Assembly (NCBI RefSeq): GCF_001194135.2 | Contig: NC_068982.1 | Span: 35,195,433-35,259,432, forward strand | Direction: 5' to 3' | Length of the DNA: 64,000 nt | DNA from: Octopus bimaculoides | Taxonomy: Eukaryota | Shown here: positions 39,961 through 52,844 of the stretch, piece by piece | Numbering within the stretch: the stretch's first letter is position 1 | Layout: each line of letters starts with the position of its first letter | Program-made: the position numbers and the translations under genes | Notes under the pieces: model-generated | Told to the model about the DNA's origin: nothing | Database searches by the model: none | The model's input: the letters and a program-made list of their open reading frames with translations, nothing else

Positions 39961-40797
39961 TGTGTCTGTGTCTGTGTCTGTGTGTGCGTGTGTGTGTGCG
40001 TACCATTTTCGGCGTTTTATACGCGTTAGTGTTCACACACGTGCTGCGTTTTCCTTTTCTGGGTTTTTTTTTTTCCTTCTTTGATTTCGTCGAGTGATGC
40101 TTAGATATAAAAAAAAGTACAGATAGTCTCAGAGAGGTACTTCTGCATTAGCTTATCATAGGCAATAGAGCCCTATAATTAATTCTCGGAGAGTTAATAG
40201 GAATATATATATATATGTCTAGGACTGTATTTACCTGAGCGCTTAAATAGACATCAGCGTGACAAATTCAGATTAAACAATTGGCCCTAGCGTCACGTGA
40301 GTGAGGTAAATTACAATGTGCTCGCCTGCATTTATAGTTGAGGAATGTGAAGGTGATATTTTATTGGTCACAAGCTTCAGAGGCATTTATGAATAAATAT
40401 AGTTGAACATACTTATGAATGCCTCAAGGATCATTTATAACGGACGAACAACATGAAAAAAGAGAGGAGAGAGAAAAGGAGAAGGTAACTAACTAAACGA
40501 ACCAACTGAGAAAATGTTAGCGCGCTATTCGTTTAGTACAGTCATATATGCATACATTAAGCTTGTAATCACAGGCGCGTGCGTAAACACACAGACACAT
40601 GCACACACACATATACACACATACGCGCGCACACACACACTCATATGTGTGTCTTTGTGTATGTGTGTGTGTGTCTGTGTACGTGCGTGCGTGCGCTTAT
40701 ATANNNNNNNNNNATATATATATACACACACACATACACCTAATCAGAATTTAGGTTAGTTGAAATATGTGTCACATATTTCAACACACACACACAT

Positions 40798-40844
<47 letters not shown>

Positions 40845-41008
40845 TAGAGAGATAAACACACACACAAACACAGATATATTATATGTGTGTGTATGTGTGT
40901 GTGTAATTGATGAAGGAAACAGAAGACGGATTTTGTACGAATGTTTATTCAGCGTGCTTTAATCGACATACTAATAGACATATACCCAAAGTTGAAATAG
41001 TTACATAC

Positions 41009-41041
<33 letters not shown>

Positions 41042-41335
41042 TATGTTCGGTAATCGGTGTGCCTTCAAAGCAGTGATTAGTAATTTTACGAAACCGGTAT
41101 GCTTTTGAATCTCTTTAACAATTCACAATAATGAATTTTATTAATTTTATTCGTACCTCAGTTCATCTAATTGTATATATTTATCGTTACTTTTAAAAAA
41201 AAAGCCTTTACTCTGTTTGATTTCCAATGTGCATTTTTGCTTATTTTTCTTCTTACTTTCCCCCTATATATATATTGACCGTTGACCGAACACTATTCAA
41301 TTTTTTTCTCCGTGTTTTTCTCCTTGTCTCCGTAT

Positions 41336-41372
41336 TCTTTCTGTTGAAGAGCGTAGCTCGAAACGTTAAAGA
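41336..41372 (+). ncRNA. Minimal hammerhead-like motif within a probable Penelope terminal-repeat fragment
   Basis: TCTTT CTGTTGA a GAGC-gta-GCTC GAA ACGT T / AAAGA. Stem I 5 bp, stem II 4 bp, zero-loop palindromic ACGT stem III, GUU triplet; A6 is U. Confidence 0.62.
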
Positions 41373-41799
41373 CTTTCCGTATTCCCGAGCGTCATACTAA
41401 TACATCCTTTTGTTGTTTACACCACCTGTCCTCGTCTGTTGTTGTTTTTTCGTACATTCTCCCATATANNNNNNNNNNNNNNNNNNNNNNNNNNNNNNNN
41501 NNNNNNNNNNNNNNNNNNNNNNNNNNNNNNNNNNNNNNNNNNNNNNNNNNNNNNNNNNNNNNNNNNNNNNNNNNNNNNNNNNNNNNNNNNNNNNNNNNNN
41601 NNNNNNNNNNNNNNNNNNNNNNNNNNNNNNNNNNNNNNNNNNNNNNNNNNNNNNNNNNNNNNNNNNNNNNNNNNNNNNNNNNNNNNNNNNNNNNNNNNNN
41701 NNNNNNNNNNNNNNNNNNNNNNNNNNNNNNNNNNNNNNNNNNNNNNNNNNNNNTATATATATATATACATAGATATATATATATATATATACATATACT

Positions 41800-42450
41800 T
41801 TCATGGAATGCGAGCAAATGAGGATTATTTTTCAACATAGTCCAAGTTGCGATCCACACACTTCTTCGATCGATGTTGCAGAGCTTGGATCCCATTGGTG
41901 AAGAAGCTTTCATCCTGTTGGTCAAAAAGTTGTCAACAGCAGATATGACGTCATCGTCACTGCAATACTGGTTCCCAGCCAAGTGTTTTTTCTTGTTGGA
42001 GAAGAGATGATAGGGAGTTCAAATGAACAGTCACGCACAGTAGCCATTGAAACCAATGACTTATGTACTGCAACAAGACCGCTCTCGTCAGTTTTCCTGA
42101 GCGTTTGGTCTTGATAGCCTATCATAACCGCCTCAGCAAGTTGGCGTAGTACTCAATACTGACAGTGCGGCCTTTTTGAAGATAGTTAATGAACAGAAAG
42201 CCTTTTACATCATAAAACACTAAGACTATCACCTTCCATGCAGATGAAACAACTTTGGCCTTCTTTGGAGCAGTTGAGGAGGGGTGTTTCCACTGCATAG
42301 AATGTCTCTTTGTTTCTGGCTCAAAGTGTCCAACTAAATACTCATCTTGAGTTAGAAAAGGTCCAATGAAACCAGCTGAATCTTTCTCAAACAATGTCAA
42401 ATTTTGTGCTTTTGATCAGGTATCAGAAGACGTGGCACTCACCGAGTTCA
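41800..42450 (-). mobile_element. Mariner relic (C-terminal two-thirds)
   Basis: R*VPRLLIPDQK; ORF 42122..42400 (FLTQDE...HFEPETKRHSMQWKHPSS...KKAKVV...YYANLLRRL); HKSLVSMATVRDC; AGNQYCSDDDVISAVD. Confidence 0.93.
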
Positions 42451-42860
42451 TTCTCTTTACTCTTTACTCTATTACTTGTTTCAGCCATTTGACTGCGGCC
42501 ATGCTGGAGCACCGCCTTTTAGTCGAGCAAATCGACCCCAGGACTTGTTCTTTGTGAGCCTAGTACTTATTCTATCGGTCACTTTTGCCGAACCGCTAGC
42601 TTACGGGGACGTAAACACACCACCATCGGTTGTCAAGCGATGCTGGGGGGACAAACACAGACACACAAACATATACGCATACATACATACATATATATAT
42701 ACATATATACGACGGTCTTCTTTCAGTTTCCGTCTACCAAATCCACTCACAAGGCTTTGGTTGGCCTGAGGCACTTGCCCAAGGTGCCACGCAGTGGGAA
42801 TGAACCCGGAACCATGTGGTTGGTAAGAAAGCTACTTACCACACAGCCACTCCTGCGCCT
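42451..42860 (-). mobile_element. SINE family A, near full length
   Basis: Tail ttctctttactc...gactgcggccatgctggagcaccgcc through head acacagccactcctgcgcct. Confidence 0.95.
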
Positions 42861-44566
42861 TGTNNNNNNNNNNNNNNNNNNNNNNNNNNNNNNNNNNNNN
42901 NNNNNNNNNNNNNNNNNNNNNNNNNNNNNNNNNNNNNNNNNNNNNNNNNNNNNNNNNNNNNNNNNNNNNNNNNNNNNNNNNNNNNNNNNNNNNNNNNNNN
43001 NNNNNNNNNNNNNNNNNNNNNNNNNNNNNNNNNNNNNNNNNNNNNNNNNNNNNNNNNNNNNNNNNNNNNNNNNNNNNNNNNNNNNNNNNNNNNNNNNNNN
43101 NNNNNNNNNNNNNNNNNNNNNNNNNNNNNNNNNNNNNNNNNNNNNNNNNNNNNNNNNNNNNNNNNNNNNNNNNNNNNNNNNNNNNNNNNNNNNNNNNNNN
43201 NNNNNNNNNNNNNNNNNNNNNNNNNNNNNNNNNNNNNNNNNNNNNNNNNNNNNNNNNNNNNNNNNNNNNNNNNNNNNNNNNNNNNNNNNNNNNNNNNNNN
43301 NNNNNNNNNNNNNNNNNNNNNNNNNNNNNNNNNNNNNNNNNNNNNNNNNNNNNNNNNNNNNNNNNNNNNNNNNNNNNNNNNNNNNNNNNNNNNNNNNNNN
43401 NNNNNNNNNNNNNNNNNNNNNNNNNNNTATATATATATATATATAAATACATAAATACATATATACATATATGTATATATACATAAATACATAAATACAT
43501 AAATATATTTATACGCATACCTGTATATGTATGTATATATATCATATACTTGTACGTTTGTATACATATATATATGTACACATGTACATACACATACACA
43601 CGCACATATTCATGTACACATTCATACATGCGTATCCGTGTGTGCATTGCTTTGGTGCGTCTGTGTATGTGCATGCGCTTTGGCACGAGTGTGTGTGTGT
43701 GTGTGTGCATGTGTGTGTGTGTGTGCTTGTGAGTTTGTAAAAGGAAATCGTTTGCCAGAATCTACACAAGCACACATACATGCACCAACGTGCACATACA
43801 CAAATATTTGTGTGTATGTATGTGTGTACGACCGTACGTGTTTGCGAATGCTCGTGAGTGTAAATATGCATGTATGTATGTATGTACGCATGTATGAATG
43901 TTTGTATTTATTTTGTGTGTACGTAGATATTTTTTGCGCGCGCACTAACGATTGAGAAATTTCTTTCTCTTTATTTTTCCTTCACAATGAAACGGAAATA
44001 ATAATTCCCACCAAAATCATGATTTTATCGAATAGATAAAACCGTAAAGGTCTTGAAACTTTTATGTAAATAGGAGTTTATTGTTCTGAATATAACGTAA
44101 AGAACTGATAACGAAATATGAAATAGCTTTAATAAAATATTGTTGAAGCCGGGCCATTGTTCCGTTTTCAATAACAGGTTAAAAAATACTGTTTTCCCTA
44201 AGTACGCATATCTGTCTATCTCTCTCTACAGCTTTTTCTCCCCAATTTTCTGTCTGTGTGTCTGTGTCTGTCTATGTCTCTTCCTCTCTCTATCCCTTTT
44301 GCTCTCTCCCCCCACCGCACAGTATTTGTTTCTCTGTACACATCCTTTTATCTATCTATCACCGCTCCCTCTTTTCCCATCTTTGTTTCTCACCCTTCAA
44401 CCATACGTATGTATGTGTTTGTACGTGCTTGTGTGCGTGTGTGTATATATGTGTGCGTGTGTGTGTTTGGGTATGTATGTGTGCATGTACATATGTATGC
44501 ATGTTTTTAGCATTATATATATATATATAATCATATATGTGTATATATCTATACATATACTTAAGC

Positions 44567-44628
<62 letters not shown>

Positions 44629-44713
44629 GCATACATACATACATACATACATACATACATACACATACACACATGTATATATACACACACTTACACACAA
44701 ACACAAAAGAGAT

Positions 44714-44761
<48 letters not shown>

Positions 44762-44818
44762 CGAGACTGATAGAGATAAAGACAAGCAGACAGCTTGCTA
44801 ACCACCTAGCTAGCTAGC

Positions 44819-44867
<49 letters not shown>

Positions 44868-45574
44868 TCTACATGTACATAAGTGCATAGGTGTGTGAGC
44901 TCTTGAGTTTAGGAGCACATTCTCGATGCATTCCAGTGCTTGTCTGTATTGAGTGTGTGTAAGAACATGCACAGCTATGCGTATTTATGCGGATGTGTGT
45001 GTGTTTGACTGAATATTTGCTTTTTGTATGAATGAATGTATGCTTATGTAAATGCCACTTTTATCCCGACAGTTACCTATCAGCACTATTTTGCGGTCGT
45101 GTCATTGAGCATGGGTCTGCATATCAGCGTCAAAAACACAGATTCAATTGCTTCTGTGCAGGTTCCGATTAACGCATATAGGTGCGTCAGTACCTGTATA
45201 ATAGATCCTTCTATTTTCCGGTGCTCCTATCTTATCTAGGTGCCGGTTAAATAGCAGTAACTAACAGTGTCCACGCCGTGCAAGCCGGATATGGTGGCGG
45301 AAGCCTTTTGTTTTTAGCTATGCCTGACCCCCTTCCCATGATAATCGTCTAAATACCAACTAACTTTCATATTTCATTATTAACTATCAAAGCCACTAAA
45401 CTGAACATGAGAGTAGCACTCTAATGTTCTTATGGGCTTAAGCAAGATAGGCGAAGATTAGCAGTCCGACAGGCCGTTGCAGGATTTTGGATTCAGAAGG
45501 TAAATGGAAATAATATCACAAGGCATCCAGTTCGACGGTTTTACAGTTCATCATCCTTAATTGGCACCCTTTTT

Positions 45575-45705
45575 AAATTGACTCCCCCCAAAAAAGAAAG
45601 GTAAAGTTGACTTCGGCGAGTTTTGAACTCAGAACGTAGAATATCGGAACAAATACCGTAAGTCATTCTTAACGATTCTCTAATGGTTCTGCCAATTTGC
45701 CACCT
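45575..45705 (-). mobile_element. SINE family B variant, 5' part
   Basis: aaaggtaaagttgacttcggcgag.tttgaactcagaacgtag...ggttctgccaatttgccacc. Confidence 0.72.
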
Positions 45706-45994
45706 GTTTTAGTATTTACATTGAGTGAATATAAAGACAAGGACTAAATTCTAATGACCTATCACATCTACAACGTTAATCCATTCTGTTATATAGTATA
45801 TGTATGTATGTGTGTATGTGTGTGTGTGTGTGTAACCGTGATTATCCATTTATATATATATATATAGTCGTCCGTTGCAAACAGCTGTTTTTATTTAATT
45901 TTATACACTGACACACGCACACACACAATTGAGATTATCCAATTAAAGGGACATTTACAGAGATGACTTCTATATTCCTTAATCCGAATTTTAA

Positions 45995-46216
45995 TAATAG
46001 TTTCAACTTTTCTGGCACAGGGGCAGCAGTTTTTGAGGGGACGGGATTCGGGAAGTTGATTACATCGACTACAGTTCTTGAATGTTACTTATTTAACGAC
46101 TCCGAAAGAAGGAAAGGTAAGGTCGACCTCAGTGAGATTTGAACTCAGATCGATGGACGAAATTCCGCTATACATTTTGTCCGGCGTACTAACAATTCTG
46201 CCATCTCGCTGTCTTA
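45995..46216 (-). mobile_element. SINE family B
   Basis: ggcacagg...gattacatcgac...ggtcgacctcagtgagatttgaactcag...aattctgccatctcgctgtc. Confidence 0.88.
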
Positions 46217-47264
46217 GTTTGAATCCTAATAATGACGAACGAGAATAAGTACGGTACTGAACCCACCAGTTTGTGCATCTTGAGAGAAACGTCATCAGTA
46301 GATGTGTTCTCGACTGAATAATGTAATGATAGTTTAAGGGACAATATTGTCAATAGATGAAACAATACACTTCCGTCTGATATTACGAAATACGTACAAG
46401 TGCACACACGCATCACACGAAAAGTCGTACAGACACATCACAGCGGAATCCTCCAAGCTCCGTTTCCTGTAATATTGTAACGCTTTGGAAATCGGAGCCA
46501 CATGCAGGTTTCGTGAATTTATTAATAAATTAATAAATGCATGACATGATTCATGAATGTATGATATATAAAATAATTATTTTACGTTGGTTATGTTTTG
46601 AGAGACTAGTATTCCTTTCTGATTAGCTTAACTATCGCATACTTCTTGTTTTAATCTTCTTGGCTGCAAATTAATTACCAAAGGAAAAAAATCTCCGTAA
46701 TGGATGCTCATCAAACACAAAATTCATGCATATTGAGATGTTTATATCAGATTGAATTATATCGATTTCATTGGGAATCAATCAATCGATTGATGCAAAT
46801 TGAGGATCACTGTTTTATAACACGACCACCATTTCATCTACAAGAGAGAAAAAGTCTGGTGCAGGCACAGCTGTGTGGTTAAAAGGAGCCTCTGAGGTTA
46901 AGATGCTCACTTTGGTTTTGGATTCAGTGGTACTGTATGATACATTGGGCCATACAGTAGGACTGAATCCGAAACCAAAGTGGGCTGCAAAAGCCACAAG
47001 GTATAAAATGGGAATATATTTATTAGCCACATGACATCTTTAGGGTACGGACGTTTCGCAGCCTTCTTCATGTAATAATAATAAAGAAGGCTCCGAAATA
47101 TGTGTAGCCCTAAGGATGTCAAGTGGTTAATAAATATATTCACCTCTCATGGCTCCTAAATTTTTAAGGTATATATATTAATAATCAAGGGTGCTACAAA
47201 TAGCACAAGCACGCTAAAAATAGCAGTCAGAAGGTGACTTCAATCACCTTTTATATATTTTTCA

Positions 47265-47319
47265 TTTTTCATTTTATCCAGTTTCAGCTCATGAGCTGTG
47301 GCCATGCTGGGGCACCGCC
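47265..47319 (-). mobile_element. SINE family A tail (remainder probably in the gap)
   Basis: gtttcagctcatgagctgtggccatgctggggcaccgcc. Confidence 0.75.
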
Positions 47320-48060
47320 ATTATATNNNNNNNNNNNNNNNNNNNNNNNNNNNNNNNNNNNNNNNNNNNNNNNNNNNNNNNNNNNNNNNNNNNNNNNNNN
47401 NNNNNNNNNNNNNNNNNNNNNNNNNNNNNNNNNNNNNNNNNNNNNNNNNNNNNNNNNNNNNNNNNNNNNNNNNNNNNNNNNNNNNNNNNNNNNNNNNNNN
47501 NNNNNNNNNNNNNNNNNNNNNNNNNNNNNNNNNNNNNNNNNNNNNNNNNNNNNNNNNNNNNNNNNNNNNNNNNNNNNNNNNNNNNNNNNNNNNNNNNNNN
47601 NNNNNNNNNNNNNNNNNNNNNNNNNNNNNNNNNNNNNNNNNNNNNNNNNNNNNNNNNNNNNNNNNNNNNNNNNNNNNNNNNNNNNNNNNNNNNNNNNNNN
47701 NNNNNNNNNNNNNNNNNNNNNNNNNNNNNNNNNNNNNNNNNNNNNNNNNNNNNNNNNNNNNNNNNNNNNNNNNNNNNNNNNNNNNNNNNNNNNNNNNNNN
47801 NNNNNNNNNNNNNNNNNNNNNNNNNNNNNNNNNNNNNNNNNNNNNNNNNNNNNNNNNNNNNNNNNNNNNNNNNNNNNNNNNNNNNNNNNNNNNNNNNNNN
47901 NNNNNNNNNNNNNNNNNNNNNNNNNNNNNNNNNNNNNNNNNNNNNNNNNNNNNNNNNNNNNNNNNNNNNNNNNNNNNNNNNNNNNNNNNNNNNNNNNNNN
48001 NNNNNNNNNNNNNNNNNNNNNNNNNNNNNNNNNNNNNNNNNNNNNNNNNNNNNNNNNNNN

Positions 48061-48112
<52 letters not shown>

Positions 48113-48783
48113 ATATATATACATATAGATGTATGCATACACATATATTATATTACACGCGCGTAATATAATGATAAATCCACAACTTACATTTGCTGCA
48201 AATCATGTTATTCGGATTAGAGAAGTCTCCTTACGTATTGAATATTAATCTATCGCAAACAACATTCTCAGAATATCTTTCATCGTACCTTGACATGTAT
48301 GTAAACTGAAACTCATAAGAAGGCAATGTACTCTTCAGAGATACATCGAAATGCTTGTATGACTAATAACCGCATAGTCCCGTTATTTAACTCAGCAATT
48401 TCATCCGAACACAAATACTATAAGCTGAAATCTTTTTCAAAGCTTGAGAGTCGATTTTTCCCCTTTTTATTTTCCTATAAATCAAATGACTATCTAAGAA
48501 GCCTAATTGTTAGTATTTGAATACTAACGGTTATGGGATATTGAGATAGAACCATTGGACTGATGTATTTCACTTTGTATTTGGTTTGCAGGAATCATAT
48601 GAAACAGATTTTGTTGTATTCTACGAGGTTCATTATGCCAATAATAAATACACGCATTAGTCAATTAGTTAACAATTCAATTAACCAATTAACTAATCGA
48701 TTGTTTAGTTAGCCGTTCGGTCAATCAATTAGCTAGGTTTATCCGATTAGCTAATTAGTCACTTGGTTAGCTAGTTGACTAAT

Positions 48784-48991
48784 TATCCTTTCTACTACAG
48801 GCACCAGGCTGGAAATTCTTGGTGAGTGATCTAGTCGATTACATCGATCCCAGTACTCAACTGGAACTTATTTTATTGACCCCGAAAAGATGAAAGGCAA
48901 AGTCGACCACGACGGAATTTGAACTCAGAAAGTAAAGCCGGGAGAAATGCTGCTAAGCATTTTGTCCAGCGTGCTAACGTTTCTGCCAACC
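48784..48991 (-). mobile_element. SINE family B with probable 11-bp TSD
   Basis: Full body; AGTTGACTAAT at 48773-48783 and 48992-49002. Confidence 0.92.
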
Positions 48992-49594
48992 AGTTGACTA
49001 ATAATAATAAAGAAATGAAATAAAACCAGTGCGTGTATTTATTATTGGCAAGATTATCCTGCCGAGATACAAAAATGTAGTTTGCAGTGCTTATTTCGGC
49101 TTTTCACTGTTTTTGACCTAGAATTTTGCCGTGGTCTAACCTTCTCCTATAACAACTGATAGTTTTGTCCTTTAGCCTCAGGTCAGACCTGGTCAAGCAT
49201 AGGTAGATTATTAGCATAAGAGGAGTGAATAGAATGTCTAGCAGTAATTTTTTCCGATTCTCTGCGAGCTGAGTTCAAATCTCACTTGAGTTAACTTTGC
49301 TTTTCATCGCTATGAACTCGATTCAAAACAAATATTTATCAATCCAAGGTACCAGATTAGTGAAACTATAAGGATGTCGAACAGAATACCTTGTGGTATT
49401 TGTTCAAGCTCATTGCGTTCCGAGTTCAAATCCACCCATAGCCTACGTAGGTGGTAACTTAATCCGTCACCTTCTTTAACATCTCTACCTGACATCTTGA
49501 GTGTCTAACATAGTCCACTTTATTGCAACAAGTCAGAATTGGGTCTTCGATTTGATGTTACCTACTTTCTTCCTCCTTCCAATATCGGAGATTA

Positions 49595-49852
49595 GGTGGA
49601 AGCACGTGGCTTAGTGGTTGTTAGGGTGTTGGACTCATGATCGTAAGATTGTGGTTTCGTATTCTGGACTGGGCGACACGTTGTGGTCTTGAGCAAAACG
49701 CTTTATTTCACGTTGCCTAGTCCACTCAGCTGGCAAAAATGAGAGATCCTGCGCCGGACCGGCGTCCCGTCTCGGTGGGGGAATTTATACGCTATGAAAC
49801 CGGGAAACCGACTCTTATGAGTCAGCATGACTCGAGAGGGTAACTTTACCTT
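49595..49852 (+). mobile_element. tRNA-derived SINE (group C)
   Basis: GTGGCTTAGTGG (A box)...GGTTTCGTATTC (B box-like)...cttgagcaaaacgctttatttcacgttg...ccactcagctggcaaaaatgag, with a distinct tail ending aactttacc. Confidence 0.87.
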
Positions 49853-49960
49853 TTTTTTAACACAGATTGTAAAAAGAAAAGTCTTTATGGACGCTGCATT
49901 GTCTCTTGTCTCAAAGATAAAAGGCCAATGAGCGTGAACGATTATTTTTTTTATTTTTCT

Positions 49961-50362
49961 TTCCTTTACTTGTTTCAGTCATTTGACTGCGGCCATGCTG
50001 GAGCACCGCCTTTAGTCGACCAAATTGACCCCAGAGCTTATTCTGTGTAAGCCTAGTACTAATTCTTTCGGTCACTTTTGCCGAATCGCTAAGTTACGGG
50101 GACGTAAACACACTAGCATCGGTTGTCAAGCGATGTTGGGGGGACAAACACGGACACACAAACATATACACACATGCACATATATATATATACATATACG
50201 ACGGGCTTCTTCCAGTTTCCGTCTACCAAATCCACTCACAAGGCTTTGGTAGGTCTGAGGCTATAGTAGAAGACACCTGCCCAAGGTGCCACGCAATGGG
50301 ACTGAACCCATGACCATGTGGTTGGTAAGCAAGCTACTTACCACACAGCCACTCCTGCGCCT
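49961..50362 (-). mobile_element. SINE family A, full length
   Basis: Reverse complement of the 50658-51070 copy over about 400 bp. Confidence 0.96.
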
Positions 50363-50454
50363 ATGTCTAATCTTCTTTTTCAATCATGTATCCAAAATTT
50401 CCACTACAAGGTCCAGTGCTTGTTATGATGTGGTAACATATGTGCCATGATGAA

Positions 50455-50657
50455 CCTGAGAGCTACGAGAGCAAATCCGAAAAGAAGCTGCAAGACCCGA
50501 CACCTTATTAATAACTGAAAGAGGGATACTAAAGCACAGCTGAAAAAGCAGGGACCCTATCGGAAAGGAGCAGAGAAGAGAGACCAGCTTCGAAAACAGT
50601 GGAGAAAAGCCGTCGATGGTCAATACTCCATAGAAAGCAAGGGATTTAAGCAAAGTA
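50455..50657 (+). mobile_element. RTE-like LINE 3' end relic
   Basis: RDTKAQLKKQG...GAEKRDQLRKQWRKAVDGQYSIESKGFK resembles the RTE C-terminal AQDR..WR..V.GL.S motif; the aagcaaagtaaag tail abuts the SINE. Confidence 0.55.
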
Positions 50658-51070
50658 AAGCGTAGGAGTGGCTGTGTGGTAAGTAGCTTTCTTACCAACC
50701 ACATGGTTCCGGGTTCAGTCCCACTGCGTGGCACCTTGGGCAAGTGTCTTCTACTATAGCCTCGGGCCGACCAAAGCCTTGTGAGTGGATTTGGTAGACA
50801 GAAACTGAAAGAAGCCCGTCGTATATATGTATATATATATGTATGTGTGTGTATATGTTTGCGTGTCTGTATTTGTCCCCCCAACATCGCTTGACAACCG
50901 ATGCTGGTGTGTTTACGTCCCCGTAATATAGCGGTTCGGCAAAAGAGACCGATAGAATAAGTACTAGGCTTACAAAGAATAAGTCCTGGGGTCGATTTGC
51001 TCGACTAAAGGCGGTGCTCTAGCATGGCCACAGTCAAATGACTGAAACATGTAAAAGAGTAAAAAGAGTA
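50658..51070 (+). mobile_element. SINE family A, full length (reference copy)
   Basis: A box TGGCTGTGTGG, B box GGTTCAGTCCC, body accttgggcaagtgtcttc..., internal TA/TG microsatellite, tail gtaaaagagtaaaaagagta. Confidence 0.96.
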
Positions 51071-51441
51071 TATCCAATTTTTCCTATCTCTAAAGATTTT
51101 TCAGATTTGGTTGCTATTTCCAGCTGACAGAACGGACAAGTAGAGGTGTTATGGTTCTAGAATCGTACTACCTCATCGACTTTCAATGTTGACAATTACC
51201 TATCAACTGCACTTCATGTTTTGCTTTTCCTGTCTCTATTCACTTCTCAATTAAACTGTATTCTTCCCAACCATTCAGAATTGACAGCGATGATGTTTTG
51301 TAGTTTTGTTTAGCTTATCTCCCTCTCAGCACCGTGTATAATAGGAATCAATAAGCATTGCATACTGAATTTACGCAGAATGTGCAATACTGAAAAAAAG
51401 GAAGAAAAAAAAAGAAGAAGAGGTGAGGTGAGAAAGGAGCA

Positions 51442-51527
51442 AGAAGAAGAAGAAGAAGAAGAAGAAGAAGAAGAAGAAGAAGAAGAAGAAGAAGAAGAAG
51501 AAGAAGAAGAAGAAGAAGAAGAAGAAG
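51442..51527. repeat. (GAA)n microsatellite running into a gap
   Basis: Direct reading; (TAG)n and (CTA)/(TAA)n tracts follow at 51974-52180. Confidence 0.97.
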
Positions 51528-52114
51528 NNNNNNNNNNNNNNNNNNNNNNNNNNNNNNNNNNNNNNNNNNNNNNNNNNNNNNNNNNNNNNNNNNNNNNNNN
51601 NNNNNNNNNNNNNNNNNNNNNNNNNNNNNNNNNNNNNNNNNNNNNNNNNNNNNNNNNNNNNNNNNNNNNNNNNNNNNNNNNNNNNNNNNNNNNNNNNNNN
51701 NNNNNNNNNNNNNNNNNNNNNNNNNNNNNNNNNNNNNNNNNNNNNNNNNNNNNNNNNNNNNNNNNNNNNNNNNNNNNNNNNNNNNNNNNNNNNNNNNNNN
51801 NNNNNNNNNNNNNNNNNNNNNNNNNNNNNNNNNNNNNNNNNNNNNNNNNNNNNNNNNNNNNNNNNNNNNNNNNNNNNNNNNNNNNNNNNNNNNNNNNNNN
51901 NNNNNNNNNNNNNNNNNNNNNNNNNNNNNNNNNNNNNNNNNNNNNNNNNNNNNNNNNNNNNNNNNNNNNNNNNTAGTAGTAGTAGTAGTAGTGGTGGTGG
52001 TGGTGGACGGTTGGGGGAAAGGGGAGAAGGAGATGAAGGTGGTAGGTGAGGTGGTGGTAATGGTGACGATACTACTACTACTATTTCTACTGTTGCTACT
52101 ACTACTACTACTAC

Positions 52115-52183
<69 letters not shown>

Positions 52184-52810
52184 GACAGCTCCTGTTAGTA
52201 CGTATTACTGCAACGACAGCGATAACATAAAGAACACTAACAACATACGGGACAGGGAATATAACATTTTCATGAATTAATCTAGGATTATTTCTGTGTT
52301 CTCAACGGCATAGAAATTATAGCGATGCACAAAAATATCTCGTAAACAAGATGCAATTTCTTAATAAAACTTGCAAAACATCAATAGCAACAGCTGCAAC
52401 GACGATGGCGACGACCACAACAACAACAACTACCAAAAGGAAAAACATTAACATCTGACAAAGTTTCTACATTCAAATGGTGTTTCATAAAAGGAAACAA
52501 ACACTCTTAATAACATACTCGCAACGATATTTGTGCCATTGCGAACGTGTTGTAAAGAGTGTGTTGCTAAGTTTCCTTTCATCAGATGGTTGCGTGTGGC
52601 TGCAAACGAACTGAGTATGAAACCTATTCTTGGTTCCCACTTTCCACCGTTTCATAAATGCCAGTTTTTTTTTTTTTATGTGAACACAATACTTACAATC
52701 AAACGTACAAGGTCTGTCCAAAAGCAGACCATGTTTTTAAACCAGCCGGCGTAGCATGCACGTGACTGCAATGCTGTATGTATGTATGTATGTATGTATG
52801 TATGTATGTA

Positions 52811-52843
<33 letters not shown>

Positions 52844-52844
52844 A

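Noticed and set aside
48656-48783. Degenerate TTAG/AATT-rich tract considered as a structured repeat
   Set aside because: Best explained as a decayed tetranucleotide microsatellite.
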